From contig CAVTRY010000021.1 in the NCBI GenBank assembly GCA_963737265.1, forward strand, positions 1 through 64,000: DNA of 64,000 nt, written 5' to 3'. Both the position numbers and the translations under genes were made by a program. How positions within the stretch are numbered: the stretch's first letter is position 1; each line of letters begins with the position of its first letter. The stretch is from an uncultured delta proteobacterium. Its GTDB lineage: Bacteria; Myxococcota_A; Polyangia; Fen-1088. Of the stretch, positions 62,819 through 64,000 are shown piece after piece. A model generated the notes under the pieces. It was not told the DNA's origin. It saw only the letters and a list, made by a program, of their open reading frames with translations, and ran no database searches.

Positions 62819-63939
62819 CCGTGGGCAGGGACAAATACGCTCGCCTGGCTGCTCGCCTCCTCGGCGAACAGAGGTCCGATGATGTGTCCGCGCATCCTGA
62901 TACGCGTCGTGATGCCGTGGTGGCGGCCATGGCGTTGGCCATCGCAGGGAAGGCTCGACGGCGCAGGATTTCCGCGCGGGTGGCCGTCGCGCTGGCTGTC
63001 GCTGCCAGCGCTACTCTGGCCGTCCGGGTCGCGGCCAACCGAGGAGCCTCGCTGTCCAGGTTGGTGGTCGAGCATGTGGTGGGAAAGGAAACCGTGCTGG
63101 TGCGCGCAGGCTCGACCGGGTCGCTTGCCGATTTGAGCACACTCACCGCCGGGGACGGCGTCCGCTCTGGCAGGGACAGCGGCGCCAGCTTGGCGTTCAA
63201 GAACGGAACGCGGGTGGTCCTTGCCTCCGCTAGCGATTTTCGCGTTGACGAGCTGGGGTCGACCCGCCGGTTCTCGCTTCTCGCCGGACACCTGGAGGCG
63301 CATGTGATGAAGCTTTTGCAGAACGAGCGCTTCATCGTGAACACGCCCGATTGCGAAATCGAAGTGCGTGGGACCGTGTTCACGATCGATGTCGACACAT
63401 CGAGGTGTGGCGACTCCGCAGCCGCTTCAAGCGTCCGTGTCAACGAGGGTGAAGTTTCGGTGCGTTCGCGGGACAACCGGGTTCTCGTTCACTCGGGCGA
63501 GACCTGGGCCGTCCCATGCGCGGCACCGGAAGTGCGCACTACCCTCCCGTCCGAGACAGTGGCTGCACGGGGAAGGTCGCCGACAATACCGAGCTCGCGA
63601 GTGCAAATCCGGGCCCACGCCGAACCGGCCGGGGAACTTCGGCCTAGGCTGGCCCGCGCAATGCCAGCACAAAGATCGACGAAGATCGAAGCGCCGGTCC
63701 CACCGTCGGTTCCACCGGTTCTGTCACCGCCACGGGTCGAGAGTCCGTCGGTATCGGTGTCGCGTCTCGGTCAGGAGAATGACCTGATGTCCGCGGCCAT
63801 GGCGGCTGAGCAGCGGGGCCAGGTCGACGAGGCACTTCGCAGTCTGAACGATCTTATCCAGCGCTTCCCCGACGGTCCTTTGAACGAGAGTGCGCGAATT
63901 GAGCGGCAGCGACTTCTCGCGGCCCCGAACCGGCCTTGA
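62815..63939 (+). CDS. FecR-domain anti-sigma protein with C-terminal TPR-like helix
   Basis: TM helix; F.V.TP..EIEVRGTVF.I, V.V.EG.V.V; RFPDGPL...A; ATGA coupling to the sigma gene. Confidence 0.88.
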   Translation: MTVGRDKYARLAARLLGEQRSDDVSAHPDTRRDAVVAAMALAIAGKARRRRISARVAVALAVAASATLAVRVAANRGASLSRLVVEHVVGKETVLVRAGSTGSLADLSTLTAGDGVRSGRDSGASLAFKNGTRVVLASASDFRVDELGSTRRFSLLAGHLEAHVMKLLQNERFIVNTPDCEIEVRGTVFTIDVDTSRCGDSAAASSVRVNEGEVSVRSRDNRVLVHSGETWAVPCAAPEVRTTLPSETVAARGRSPTIPSSRVQIRAHAEPAGELRPRLARAMPAQRSTKIEAPVPPSVPPVLSPPRVESPSVSVSRLGQENDLMSAAMAAEQRGQVDEALRSLNDLIQRFPDGPLNESARIERQRLLAAPNRP

Positions 63940-64000
63940 ATACGTCCGCAATCGTGCCCCCGGATCCCAACAACAGCGCCAATCGGTGTTGCCAATTTCG

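Overview
High-GC bacterial chromosomal DNA, very likely from a myxobacterium (Myxococcota, probably Polyangia-like). This rests on a CdbA-type ribbon-helix-helix protein, zinc-ribbon/FHA proteins, a PEGA Ser/Thr kinase and an ECF sigma/FecR module. About 50 genes are present. Housekeeping genes (tldD, dksA, mfd, leuA, phoH, ybeY, mazG, pgpA, mtnA, mtnP, tsaC, dedA) are mixed with signalling and cell-surface genes. I saw no rRNA, tRNA, CRISPR array or transposase. The most notable non-coding signal is a ~210-bp non-autonomous element family in four intergenic spaces. It has 14-bp terminal inverted repeats (TIRs), an apparent 5-bp target-site duplication (TSD) and an internal hairpin whose arms are variable-length (GTGGYC)n/(GRCCAC)n hexamer arrays. 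Other points of interest are a full-length glycogen-synthase homologue lacking its catalytic residues, a CM-PDT-DAHP synthase triple fusion, a plant-like expansin lipoprotein and a relic resembling a c-di-GMP-I riboswitch. There is also a perfect TTGACA/TATAAT promoter implying a leaderless mRNA, a rearranged TonB-receptor/YfiR/hybrid-kinase module, a tetraheme lipoprotein beside an ECF/FecR module, two single-base frameshifts and an abrupt junction near position 845. All calls come from motif recognition by eye; no database searches were run.
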